A DNA stretch of 64,000 nt from a virus (lineage: Duplodnaviria > Caudoviricetes): the IMG/VR virus record IMGVR_UViG_3300032287_003123, positions 1,147-65,146 of that record; one strand, given 5' to 3'. The position numbers and the translations under genes are program-made. Positions 46,479-55,278 of this stretch are shown here, in pieces (positions within the stretch are counted from its first letter, which is position 1; the number at the start of each line of letters is the position of its first letter). The notes below the pieces were generated by a model. It did no database searches and was not told where the DNA came from. It saw only the letters and a program-made list of their open reading frames with translations.

Positions 46479-47999
46479 ATGGCAGTAAGAAAAGCAAGTG
46501 ATTCTAACCTAACAGGTAAAAAGTACAATGATGGTTCTGCTGGATCAGCAAAAATTGCAGACGTTCCAGAACTTCCAACTATTAGTTCTGTATCAAACGT
46601 TGGAACAGGTCGTGGTTACAACAATGCAGCAGCAACTGTTAGTTTTGCAAGAAATTCAAAAGGTGGAATCCCAGCATCATACGTGGTTACATCTGTTCCA
46701 GGAGGATTTACAGCAACAGGAGCATCAAGCCCTTTAACTGTAACAGGACTTCAATCAGGAACTTCGTATACATTTGTTGTTAAAGCAGTTGGAGGAAGCG
46801 GTTCAACCCAAACAGCAAATACCGCTGCATCTAGTTCAATTACTGCAACTTCTGTTGGTGCACAGCCTACTACTGGCACACCTACAAGAACAAATAAAAC
46901 AACAGTAGTTGTTCCATTTACACCAGCAGATGGTGGTGGATCAGCAATTACTAGTTACCTAGTTCAAAGTAATCCATCAATTCCATTAACAGTTTCAGGA
47001 AGTTCAAGCCCTCTAACAGTTACTGGTGCTTTTGCTCAAAACGTATCTTACACATTTAGCGTTTTAGCAGTTAACGAAAACGGAAACTCTACTGGAGGAA
47101 CATCAAGTTCTCTTACACCAAATACAGTTCCACTTGCAGATGGAGATACATTCAATAGAACAACAACAATTTCACTAGGAAATACAACAACTGCTGATTC
47201 AGAATGGCAAGCACTTACAGGTACTTGGTATGCTAATGGATCTAGAGCAGAGACAGTTTCTTCAACTGCAGTTGCAGTAATTACAATGAATAGCAACTGG
47301 GGAACAACAAAGGCTGGATCATTAACACCAGGAACAGGTCTTGTTTATTGGGCAACAGATGCAAACAATTATATGGCAACATATAGTTTTGGAACTGTTG
47401 GAACATCAACAAACTGCGGTGGATATTCATCAAGAGGCTGCTCTGGAAACGGATGTAACCCAGGTGGTTGCTGTACTGGCGTAAGTTATAGTTGTTCAGC
47501 AACTTATGTACAGTATTCACCAACTGGTGGATCAGCACCAAGAAACCTTGGTTGCAACTGCAACACCTGTCAAGGTGATGAAGCAGCAAGATGGTCGTTC
47601 TGCTGCAGCATCGGAGGATTTACTCAATACTATAATGGTTCATGTGGAACAAATGCAACAGTTTCAACTGTTACAAACTACATGAGAACAATTAAGGTTG
47701 AAGGTGGTTCAGCAAGCACAATTGAAGACTTCAACATGGGATCTGGAACTCAGATTGCTCAGTCTGATGCATCAAACAATGCGCCAAAACTATCATCAAT
47801 GACTGTTGCTACCGCATCTAATGGTTCTGTACAAATTGTTGGTTATCCAAACGATAATTACACTGGTACACCATACACAACTAGAAATCTTAATCCAACA
47901 TTTAATACAAAGTCAAACAAGTTTGGTATAATTAAAACATCTTCTGGAGCAACCAATCAAGGTAACTCAGTTGATGATTTTGAAACAACAGGTTTCTAA
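46479..47999 (+). CDS. fibronectin type III tail protein with Cys-rich insertion
   Basis: two FN3 repeats (SSPLTVTGL..GTSYTF.V.A); 12 Cys in about 80 aa. Confidence 0.72.
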   Translation: MAVRKASDSNLTGKKYNDGSAGSAKIADVPELPTISSVSNVGTGRGYNNAAATVSFARNSKGGIPASYVVTSVPGGFTATGASSPLTVTGLQSGTSYTFVVKAVGGSGSTQTANTAASSSITATSVGAQPTTGTPTRTNKTTVVVPFTPADGGGSAITSYLVQSNPSIPLTVSGSSSPLTVTGAFAQNVSYTFSVLAVNENGNSTGGTSSSLTPNTVPLADGDTFNRTTTISLGNTTTADSEWQALTGTWYANGSRAETVSSTAVAVITMNSNWGTTKAGSLTPGTGLVYWATDANNYMATYSFGTVGTSTNCGGYSSRGCSGNGCNPGGCCTGVSYSCSATYVQYSPTGGSAPRNLGCNCNTCQGDEAARWSFCCSIGGFTQYYNGSCGTNATVSTVTNYMRTIKVEGGSASTIEDFNMGSGTQIAQSDASNNAPKLSSMTVATASNGSVQIVGYPNDNYTGTPYTTRNLNPTFNTKSNKFGIIKTSSGATNQGNSVDDFETTGF

Positions 48000-48013
48000 G
48001 TTAAGGGGTATAA

Positions 48014-48247
48014 ATGACAGAGAGACGGGCAGCAAAGCCGTGGGATCTTATTGATCCAACAAAAAAGAAAGTAAGTAAAGAGATTGCAGAAGAAAGAATG
48101 GAGATCTGTAAGGGTTGTCCAAGACTTATTCAAGCAACAAAGCAATGCAAAGAATGTGGGTGTATAATGGTCCTTAAGACAAAACTAGCATCAGCATTTT
48201 GTCCGATAGGAAAATGGGAAGCCATAGAAACAGAGGAAGTGAAATAA
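48014..48247 (+). CDS. small Cys-rich protein (RxxICxxC...CxxCGC...CPIGKW)
   Basis: paralog of 39006-39206. Confidence 0.65.
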   Translation: MTERRAAKPWDLIDPTKKKVSKEIAEERMEICKGCPRLIQATKQCKECGCIMVLKTKLASAFCPIGKWEAIETEEVK

Positions 48248-48248
48248 T

Positions 48249-48560
48249 ATGACAGAAGAGACTGGACCAAAAGAGGGTGTAGTGGGAGATATAAACCCTC
48301 CAACAGAAGTTAATACAGCCCCTATTCATGAACAAGCAAGAGCAATTGCCTTTGTTGTTGATGATGAAATTGCAGAGATCATTTTTACCGATGATAGACT
48401 GGCTGCAGTGTTTTTAAGCGATCCTACAATAATTGAGATTACAAGCCTAATGTCTGATCCATTGCTACATCCAGCAACAGGTTGGGGATATGATTCTGAT
48501 ACAAACTCATTTATTGGAAGAGATTCAGAAGACAATGTAGTTTCTTTGCCACTAAACTAA
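48249..48560 (+). CDS. hypothetical acidic protein
   Basis: AFVVDDE...RLAAVFLSDP. Confidence 0.55.
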   Translation: MTEETGPKEGVVGDINPPTEVNTAPIHEQARAIAFVVDDEIAEIIFTDDRLAAVFLSDPTIIEITSLMSDPLLHPATGWGYDSDTNSFIGRDSEDNVVSLPLN

Positions 48561-48570
48561 TAACTTAATA

Positions 48571-48614
48571 AAAAAAATACCCCCTAAGCACAAAAGCCTA
48601 GGGGGATTTTTTTA
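48571..48614. terminator. bidirectional intrinsic terminator
   Basis: A-run, CCCCCTAAGC/GCCTAGGGGG stem, T-run between convergent genes. Confidence 0.75.
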
Positions 48615-48627
48615 TTCCCATTAAATT

Positions 48628-49167
48628 TTAACCAGGAAACTTTTCCATCCACATTCTGGTCTTTGGGGTTATACCTTTCCAAGAAGACCAGTCGTCTCCA
48701 CCTCTGGACATATAGTATGCAATCTCTGCATTCTTGACTGGATTGAATAGGTCAGCGTTATGGTCCAAATCAAATTTTTCTCTTCTATCTGGGCCAAGAC
48801 CATCAATCATATTTATTTGAAACATCCCATAGGATGAATCACCAGTCTTATGGTTTCCATTAAATGCTAAAGGACGACCATTAGACTCTTTTTTGGCTAT
48901 AGCCCAAGCCACAACCAAATCTTTTCCCTTAAAGCCTACAAGTGACAAAAGTTCTTTCAACTGAACATCTGTTAGATGTGTCATGTTTTCATAACTTTCT
49001 AGTTTTTTGGCCTTAGAAACAACTAATGCCGCTTTTTGGGCGGCAGCAGTAACTTCAACGGGCTTAGTTAGTAAATTATTTTTAGAGGTAGCATTTGCAT
49101 TATTTGCAAAAATAGCAGATGAAACCACCAAAATCATAATTCCCAACCACACTTTTGTTTCTTTCAT
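48628..49167 (-). CDS. secreted lysozyme-like/lytic transglycosylase
   Basis: signal peptide; AIAKKES, SSYGMFQIN, W.SW. Confidence 0.8.
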   Translation of the reverse strand: MKETKVWLGIMILVVSSAIFANNANATSKNNLLTKPVEVTAAAQKAALVVSKAKKLESYENMTHLTDVQLKELLSLVGFKGKDLVVAWAIAKKESNGRPLAFNGNHKTGDSSYGMFQINMIDGLGPDRREKFDLDHNADLFNPVKNAEIAYYMSRGGDDWSSWKGITPKTRMWMEKFPG

Positions 49168-49330
49168 AGTTTTTACCTCCTAAGAAACGAATGAGACCTT
49201 TTTGGTCTCATAATCTAGTATAACACAATCTACTGACAAGTACAACATCAATGTCCGTTTTGTCCCATATGATTATAACAATTTGATAACAAAATATATT
49301 ATTAGTTATATATGATATAATAAAAGAACT

Positions 49331-49735
49331 ATGGCTACTTATAGAGGGCAAGAAATAAAAAATTCTTACGACGTTGGTTTAAGACCACCAATTGTTAATT
49401 GGACTGTTGTTAGAGGCGATACTGCTGCATTTAGAGTTTACACAACAGATGATAACCAAGATCCACTAACAATTGAAGATTGGAATATTCTTTGTGAATT
49501 TAGAAGACCAGACGTGGCAGGAGATATTTCTCAGGATTCAGCGGGTACAATTTTTACAATTATTCCAGCACCAACTCCACTAGATGGAGTAGGAGAGTTT
49601 ACAGTTTCTCTTACTGCTGCACAAACAATTCAACTTCAAACTGGAGATGTATTTGATGTTGAGTTAAGCGATGCAGATAGAGTCTGGACAGTTTGCCAGG
49701 GTAAGATGATAATCATTGAGGATGTAACTGACTAA
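49331..49735 (+). CDS. BppU-like tail protein
   Basis: WTVVRGDT; paralog of 43370. Confidence 0.55.
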   Translation: MATYRGQEIKNSYDVGLRPPIVNWTVVRGDTAAFRVYTTDDNQDPLTIEDWNILCEFRRPDVAGDISQDSAGTIFTIIPAPTPLDGVGEFTVSLTAAQTIQLQTGDVFDVELSDADRVWTVCQGKMIIIEDVTD

Positions 49736-49959
49736 TGGCTACTGCTGTAATTATTGATGATTACAGAAAAAGAGTTGCAATTCCAGAGTCTGTAGATTAT
49801 CCGATAACAAGAATAAAGTATTCTGCTCCTCTGACTCAGATTGAATCAATTCTTCCTTTTAGGGTAAGGTTTACAACTATTGGGATTGAAGGGTATTCTT
49901 CTTCAAATCCCCCAGGAATTGGAATCCAGGTTATTGGGTTTAGCAACTGGATTATTTAA
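49735..49959 (+). CDS. hypothetical virion protein
   Basis: coupled ORF. Confidence 0.5.
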   Translation: MATAVIIDDYRKRVAIPESVDYPITRIKYSAPLTQIESILPFRVRFTTIGIEGYSSSNPPGIGIQVIGFSNWII

Positions 49960-49990
49960 AACTTATAATTAATTATGTTATAATACATAC

Positions 49991-50437
49991 ATGGCCCAAA
50001 TATCAATTCCAAACGTAAAGACCAAGTTTGAGACTGGTGATCGTCCCTCCCAGCAAGACTATGTAGATTTAATTGACACAACTGCAGGACAAGCAACCAA
50101 TCTTGGTTCTTTTGGTAACAATGACAATACAATTTATGGAATTGAAAATGTTACCGTATTTGATAATTTTGATGCTACACAATGGAGAATGGTAAAGTAC
50201 ATAATCTCCATAGCAAAGACTTCTGCTGGCGATAATAAATTTTACGCCACAGAGATGACCATCCTAGTTGACGGAGAAGATGTTTCTGTTAGCGAGTATG
50301 GAACTATAGACACCGATGGGAATATTGGCACCATTAGCGTCTCCAGGGTTAGTAACACGGTTGCCCTCACTGTTACACCAGCCCAAGGAATAACCCCTAT
50401 CACCCTACGTTATGCACGTATTGGGTTGAAGGCTTAA
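49991..50437 (+). CDS. tail protein
   Basis: FETGDRPSQQDYVDLID; C-terminus resembles that of 50454. Confidence 0.6.
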   Translation: MAQISIPNVKTKFETGDRPSQQDYVDLIDTTAGQATNLGSFGNNDNTIYGIENVTVFDNFDATQWRMVKYIISIAKTSAGDNKFYATEMTILVDGEDVSVSEYGTIDTDGNIGTISVSRVSNTVALTVTPAQGITPITLRYARIGLKA

Positions 50438-50453
50438 TTAAAGGAGATAAAAA

Positions 50454-52862
50454 ATGGCAACAGTCAACAAAGACTTTAAAATTAAGCATGGACTTGTCGT
50501 TGAAGGTACAACAGGTACTATTGACGGACTTGACATTCTTACAAAAAAGCAGGATGACCAAGATTACATTATTGATCTTATTGGTGGAACTGCAACACCA
50601 GATAATACACCAGATACAGTTGTAAAGCGTGATGGCTCAGGAAACTTTGCTGCAGGAACAATTACAGCAGATTTAACTGGTCAAGTATCAGATATTTCAA
50701 ACCACGACACAGATGATCTTGCAGAAGGTACAACAAATAAGTACTACACAGATAGTCGTGTTAAGGATGTTCTTACAGGAGCAACAAAGACTAACATCAC
50801 TATTGAAACAATCTCTGGAGATCTTCACATTACTGCTGAAAATGGCGTAGCAGATTCAGACACTGACGATCTTGAAGAGGGTGCAACAAACAAGTACTTT
50901 ACAGAACAGCGTGTATGGGATTCACTAGAAGGTGGAGACGGAATTACATTTGGCGCAACAGGAACTATTTCTGCTGATGTCGCTGGTGGTCTTCACATTG
51001 ATAATGCACAAGTTAAGATTGATCGCACAACTGTAGATGGTTGGTACGATGCAAATGGTGCAGCAGGAGATGTTCAAGATAATCTTGATACACATACAAA
51101 TGCATCTTCAGGAGTACATGGAGTAACTGGTTCAGTAGTTGGAACAACTGACACACAAGATCTTTCAAACAAAAGAATTATTGATACACTCTACTTCTCA
51201 GATGGCGTAACAGTTTCAGAAGAAGGTGAAATTGCTGTTCGTGCAGTAAGCCATGATTTTGATGTTCAGGCTAACCAGGGAGACCTTCACCTTAAGACGG
51301 TAGCAGTAGATTCTGATGTTCAGATTACATCAACATATGGAGATATTCTTCTTAATCCAAATGCTGCTGGAGGAAAGAAAGCATACTACGGCTCTGCTTC
51401 AGCAGAACATGAGATTGCAACTCACTCATATGTAGACAATGCAATTTCAGGTCTTGACTGGAAGAATGCAGCACACGTGCTTTACGATGCAGCAACACCA
51501 GTTCTTACTGCAACATATTCAACCACACCTCTTACAGTTGATGGACACCTATTTGGTGCGGGAGAAGACGGACTCCGTGTTCTCGTAACAAGTGGTAACG
51601 ACGGTGGATCAGATGCTGGTATTTATGTTTACAACCATGGAACAACATGGACACTTACTCGTTCAACAGATGCTGATGCATTTGGAGAACTTCTTGGTGC
51701 AGCAATCTACATTGCAGAAGGTACACAGTACGGTGGAACTTCTTGGGTACAAAATAACCCATACCTAACAGATTTCTCTGCCCAGTCATGGACACAATTC
51801 TCTGGTGCAGGCTCTGTAACAGCAGGCGAAGGTATCACAGTAGATGGTCTTGAAGTTTCAATTGACCGTACAACTGTTGATGACTGGTATGATCCTGCAG
51901 GAGAGGCTACTTCAGTAGTAGGAACTCACGCTGCACTAACATCAACTCACGGTGTAACTGGAGATATTGTTGGTACATCTGATTCTCAGACTCTTACAAA
52001 CAAGACAATTGATGCTTCAAACAATACCCTTTCAAATATTGCTAACTCATCACTTACAAACTCATCAATCACAGTTAACGGATATGCAACTGCACTTGGT
52101 GAGACTGTAACTCTTGATACTGATGATGTTTCTGAGGGTGCAACAAATCAATACTTCACAACACAGCGTGTAAAGGATGTATTAACTGCTTCAACTCAGA
52201 CTAATATCTCAATTACTGAGGTTTCTGGCGTACTTACTATCACTGCTGAAAACGGTGTTGATGATGCTACAACAGACGATCTTGAAGAGGGTGCAACAAA
52301 CCACTACTTCACAGATGGTCGTGCAAAGGATGCAGCAGCAGATCTTTTGACTAATGCCTCACTTACAAACATCACAATCACAGGTACAGGTGCAGGACTT
52401 ACTATTACAGCAGAAAATGGTGTAGCAGATTCTGATACTGATGACCTAACAGAAGGTGCAACAAACCTTTATTTCACAAACCAAAGAGCAGTAGATGCTC
52501 TTGAGGCAGTTGTTCCAAACTTTGAAGCAGTTGAGATTGATTCAATTGCTAAGCAGATTGCAGCAACAACTGGCTTAGTTGCTACAGCATCAACCGTAAC
52601 CGCATACTCATTTGCTAAGGCTGACTATCGTTCAGCAAAGTTCTTAGTAAAGACAGCATACGGCTCACACACAGAAGTTGCAGAGGTTATTTTAACTCTT
52701 GACACTTCAGATAATATCGCAATCACAGAATATGCAATTGTTGGAACTAATGGTTCATCAATGACAATTTCTGCCGATATAAACGGTAACGATGTAAGAC
52801 TTCGTGTAACTACAATCAACAATAACTCAACAGTTAATGTTGTTGGAACACTACTAGCATAA
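50454..52862 (+). CDS. long tail fibre protein with internal repeats
   Basis: repeated TDDL.EG.TN.YFT and ITAENGV modules. Confidence 0.75.
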   Translation: MATVNKDFKIKHGLVVEGTTGTIDGLDILTKKQDDQDYIIDLIGGTATPDNTPDTVVKRDGSGNFAAGTITADLTGQVSDISNHDTDDLAEGTTNKYYTDSRVKDVLTGATKTNITIETISGDLHITAENGVADSDTDDLEEGATNKYFTEQRVWDSLEGGDGITFGATGTISADVAGGLHIDNAQVKIDRTTVDGWYDANGAAGDVQDNLDTHTNASSGVHGVTGSVVGTTDTQDLSNKRIIDTLYFSDGVTVSEEGEIAVRAVSHDFDVQANQGDLHLKTVAVDSDVQITSTYGDILLNPNAAGGKKAYYGSASAEHEIATHSYVDNAISGLDWKNAAHVLYDAATPVLTATYSTTPLTVDGHLFGAGEDGLRVLVTSGNDGGSDAGIYVYNHGTTWTLTRSTDADAFGELLGAAIYIAEGTQYGGTSWVQNNPYLTDFSAQSWTQFSGAGSVTAGEGITVDGLEVSIDRTTVDDWYDPAGEATSVVGTHAALTSTHGVTGDIVGTSDSQTLTNKTIDASNNTLSNIANSSLTNSSITVNGYATALGETVTLDTDDVSEGATNQYFTTQRVKDVLTASTQTNISITEVSGVLTITAENGVDDATTDDLEEGATNHYFTDGRAKDAAADLLTNASLTNITITGTGAGLTITAENGVADSDTDDLTEGATNLYFTNQRAVDALEAVVPNFEAVEIDSIAKQIAATTGLVATASTVTAYSFAKADYRSAKFLVKTAYGSHTEVAEVILTLDTSDNIAITEYAIVGTNGSSMTISADINGNDVRLRVTTINNNSTVNVVGTLLA

Positions 52863-52879
52863 TTAAAAAGGAGTAAGAG

Positions 52880-53338
52880 ATGGCAACAGTAACTAAAGAC
52901 TTCAGAGTAAAACATGGACTTGTTGTTACAAACAACGGCTTATTTGGAGGTACAGTTACTGTTTCCACTCCTACCAGTGGGGAACATGCAACAACTAAAC
53001 AATATGTAGATGATGCAATTGCTGGCTTTAGAGTGCCTTCAGGAAATGTGTTTCCAGATCCAGCACAAGAAGGACAGTTATTTTTTGATAACATAACTGA
53101 GCACTTATATCTATATATTAATTCTGCATGGAACTCATTAGCATTGCTTGATGACACATTAGACCTACCACAACACATTCACGATACTGCAATTGACGGA
53201 ACTGGTCTTGTTGTAAGTATTTTTAAAGATGCTGGGTATTATAATGAACCAGGTGATTATGTAGATGCTGGTTACTATAATCAAAATGCTTTTGAGTCAA
53301 CCTGGGATGGTGGAATTGCAGTTGATAATTTTAATTAA
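52880..53338 (+). CDS. tail fibre-associated protein
   Basis: N-terminus MATV.KDF..KHGLVV shared with 50454; HATTKQYVD. Confidence 0.6.
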   Translation: MATVTKDFRVKHGLVVTNNGLFGGTVTVSTPTSGEHATTKQYVDDAIAGFRVPSGNVFPDPAQEGQLFFDNITEHLYLYINSAWNSLALLDDTLDLPQHIHDTAIDGTGLVVSIFKDAGYYNEPGDYVDAGYYNQNAFESTWDGGIAVDNFN

Positions 53339-53381
53339 TTATCTGGTATAATAACAATAATATACGTTAGGAGTATATAAA

Positions 53382-55130
53382 ATGGCAATAAGAATGCAAC
53401 AGCGCAGAGGAACTGCACAGCAGTGGACAACTGCAAACCCAATCCTTAATCCAGGTGAAATTGGTTGGGAATCAGATAATAATAAATTTAAGATTGGTGA
53501 TGGTACTAATCACTGGGCTGACCTTAACTACTTCGTAGACGCAGATACCCTTATTGACGGTGCTCCAGGTCTACTAGACACATTAAATGAACTAGCAGCA
53601 GCAATTGGAGATGACCCATCATTCTTCACAACAGTTGCTACAAACCTAACAAACCATCAAAATGACACCACAAATGTTCACGGTATTGCAGACACAGCAG
53701 AATTAGCAACAAAGGCTTTTGCAGCATCACTCCTAACAGGTGCAACAAAGTCTAACATTACAATTACAGGTGATAAGAATGGTCTTACAATTTCTGCTGA
53801 AAATGGAGTCGCTGACTCTACAACAGATAACCTTACAGAAGGATCTACCAATAAGTACTTCACAAACGAAAGAGCACAAGATGCTGTTGGAGATTCTGTA
53901 GGAACTGGTCTTTCATACAATGATTCAACAGGTGCAATATCTGTTGATACAACAGCAATTCAGGCTCGTGTAGCAGATGTTTCAGATACTGAAATTGGAT
54001 ATCTAAACGGAGTAACCTCAGCAATTCAAACACAGTTAAATGCAAAGCAGGCAGTTGTTTCAGGTGTTTCAGATACTGAAATTGGATACCTTGACGGTGT
54101 AACTTCATCAATTCAAACTCAAATTAATTCTAAGGCACCAACAGCAGACCCAACATTTACTGGAACTGTTTCTGGTGTTACAAAGACCCACGTAGGCCTT
54201 GGCAATGTTGATAATACTTCAGATGCAAATAAGCCAGTTTCAACTGCAACACAAACAGCACTTGACGCAAAGGCTTCTCTTGCTGGAGCAAACTTTACAG
54301 CAAACGTAGAAATTGATGGAAATCTTGTTGTAGATGGTGACTTTACTGTAAATGGAACTAACTTTGCAGCATCAGCAACATCTATCACAATTGAAGATAA
54401 CTTACTTCAACTTGCTCATCAGAATGCAGCAAATACAGTTGACCTAGGTATTGTAGTTGGATATAACGACGGTACCGCAAAGCATGCAGGACTTGTAAAA
54501 GACACATCTGCAAGCACATGGAAACTATTTAAGGGTGTAACTACAGAACCAACAACAACAGTTGACTTTACACAAGGATCTCTTGATGATCTTGAAGTGG
54601 CAGGACTTGCAGCATCATCAATAACTTTAGGTGGTTTTGACGTTGCTACACAGGCTTATGTGGATGGTGCAGTTGGCAACGCAGAAGTTGACCAGTCAAC
54701 ACTTGCTGGATCAGGAATTACTTGGAACGTTTCAACTTCTCAATTTGATGTCAATACATCAACAATTCAAGCAAGAGTTGCAGATGTATCTGATACAGAA
54801 ATCGGATACCTTAATGGTGTAACATCTTCAATCCAGACACAGATTGATTCAAAGTCTGCAACAGCAGGAAACACATCACTTGTTACTCTTGGTACTGTGA
54901 CAACTGGTACATGGAATGCAACAACAATTGCAACAACAAAGGGTGGTACTGGACTAACAGGGTTTACTGCAGGAGACATGATTTATGCTTCAGCAACAGA
55001 CACTCTTGCTAAACTTGCAAAGGGTTCTGCAAATCAGGTAATGTACATGAACGATGCAGGAACTGCTCCAGAGTGGAGAACTGCAGCAGCAGGTGCAGCA
55101 TTCAGTGAATTAATGTTGATTGGTGCATAG
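53382..55130 (+). CDS. tail fibre with Mtd/hyaluronidase-type N-terminal domain
   Basis: QQRRGTA.QW...NPIL..GEIG.E.D..KFKIGDG; LDTLNELAAA; VGLGNVDNTSD. Confidence 0.78.
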   Translation: MAIRMQQRRGTAQQWTTANPILNPGEIGWESDNNKFKIGDGTNHWADLNYFVDADTLIDGAPGLLDTLNELAAAIGDDPSFFTTVATNLTNHQNDTTNVHGIADTAELATKAFAASLLTGATKSNITITGDKNGLTISAENGVADSTTDNLTEGSTNKYFTNERAQDAVGDSVGTGLSYNDSTGAISVDTTAIQARVADVSDTEIGYLNGVTSAIQTQLNAKQAVVSGVSDTEIGYLDGVTSSIQTQINSKAPTADPTFTGTVSGVTKTHVGLGNVDNTSDANKPVSTATQTALDAKASLAGANFTANVEIDGNLVVDGDFTVNGTNFAASATSITIEDNLLQLAHQNAANTVDLGIVVGYNDGTAKHAGLVKDTSASTWKLFKGVTTEPTTTVDFTQGSLDDLEVAGLAASSITLGGFDVATQAYVDGAVGNAEVDQSTLAGSGITWNVSTSQFDVNTSTIQARVADVSDTEIGYLNGVTSSIQTQIDSKSATAGNTSLVTLGTVTTGTWNATTIATTKGGTGLTGFTAGDMIYASATDTLAKLAKGSANQVMYMNDAGTAPEWRTAAAGAAFSELMLIGA

Positions 55131-55172
55131 CACTTTTAAAAAAGTAAAGCACTAACTCTAAACTAAAGATTG

Positions 55173-55203
55173 ACACGCTCTTATTGAGCGTGTTTTTCTT
55201 TTT
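55173..55203 (+). terminator. intrinsic terminator
   Basis: ACACGCTC-TTATT-GAGCGTGT followed by T-run. Confidence 0.75.
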
Positions 55204-55278
55204 AATTGTATGATATACTTAACACTACTTTGGAATTTACAAAGTACTCAACTTATTTTTGCTATGAAAGGTAAATAA

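Noticed and set aside
49168-49245. c-di-AMP (ydaO) riboswitch upstream of the transglycosylase
   Set aside because: Leader is under 50 nt with one small hairpin, too short for the aptamer
53382-55130. Diversity-generating retroelement target (Mtd-like N-terminus)
   Set aside because: No reverse transcriptase or adenine-variant TR/VR pair seen in this window
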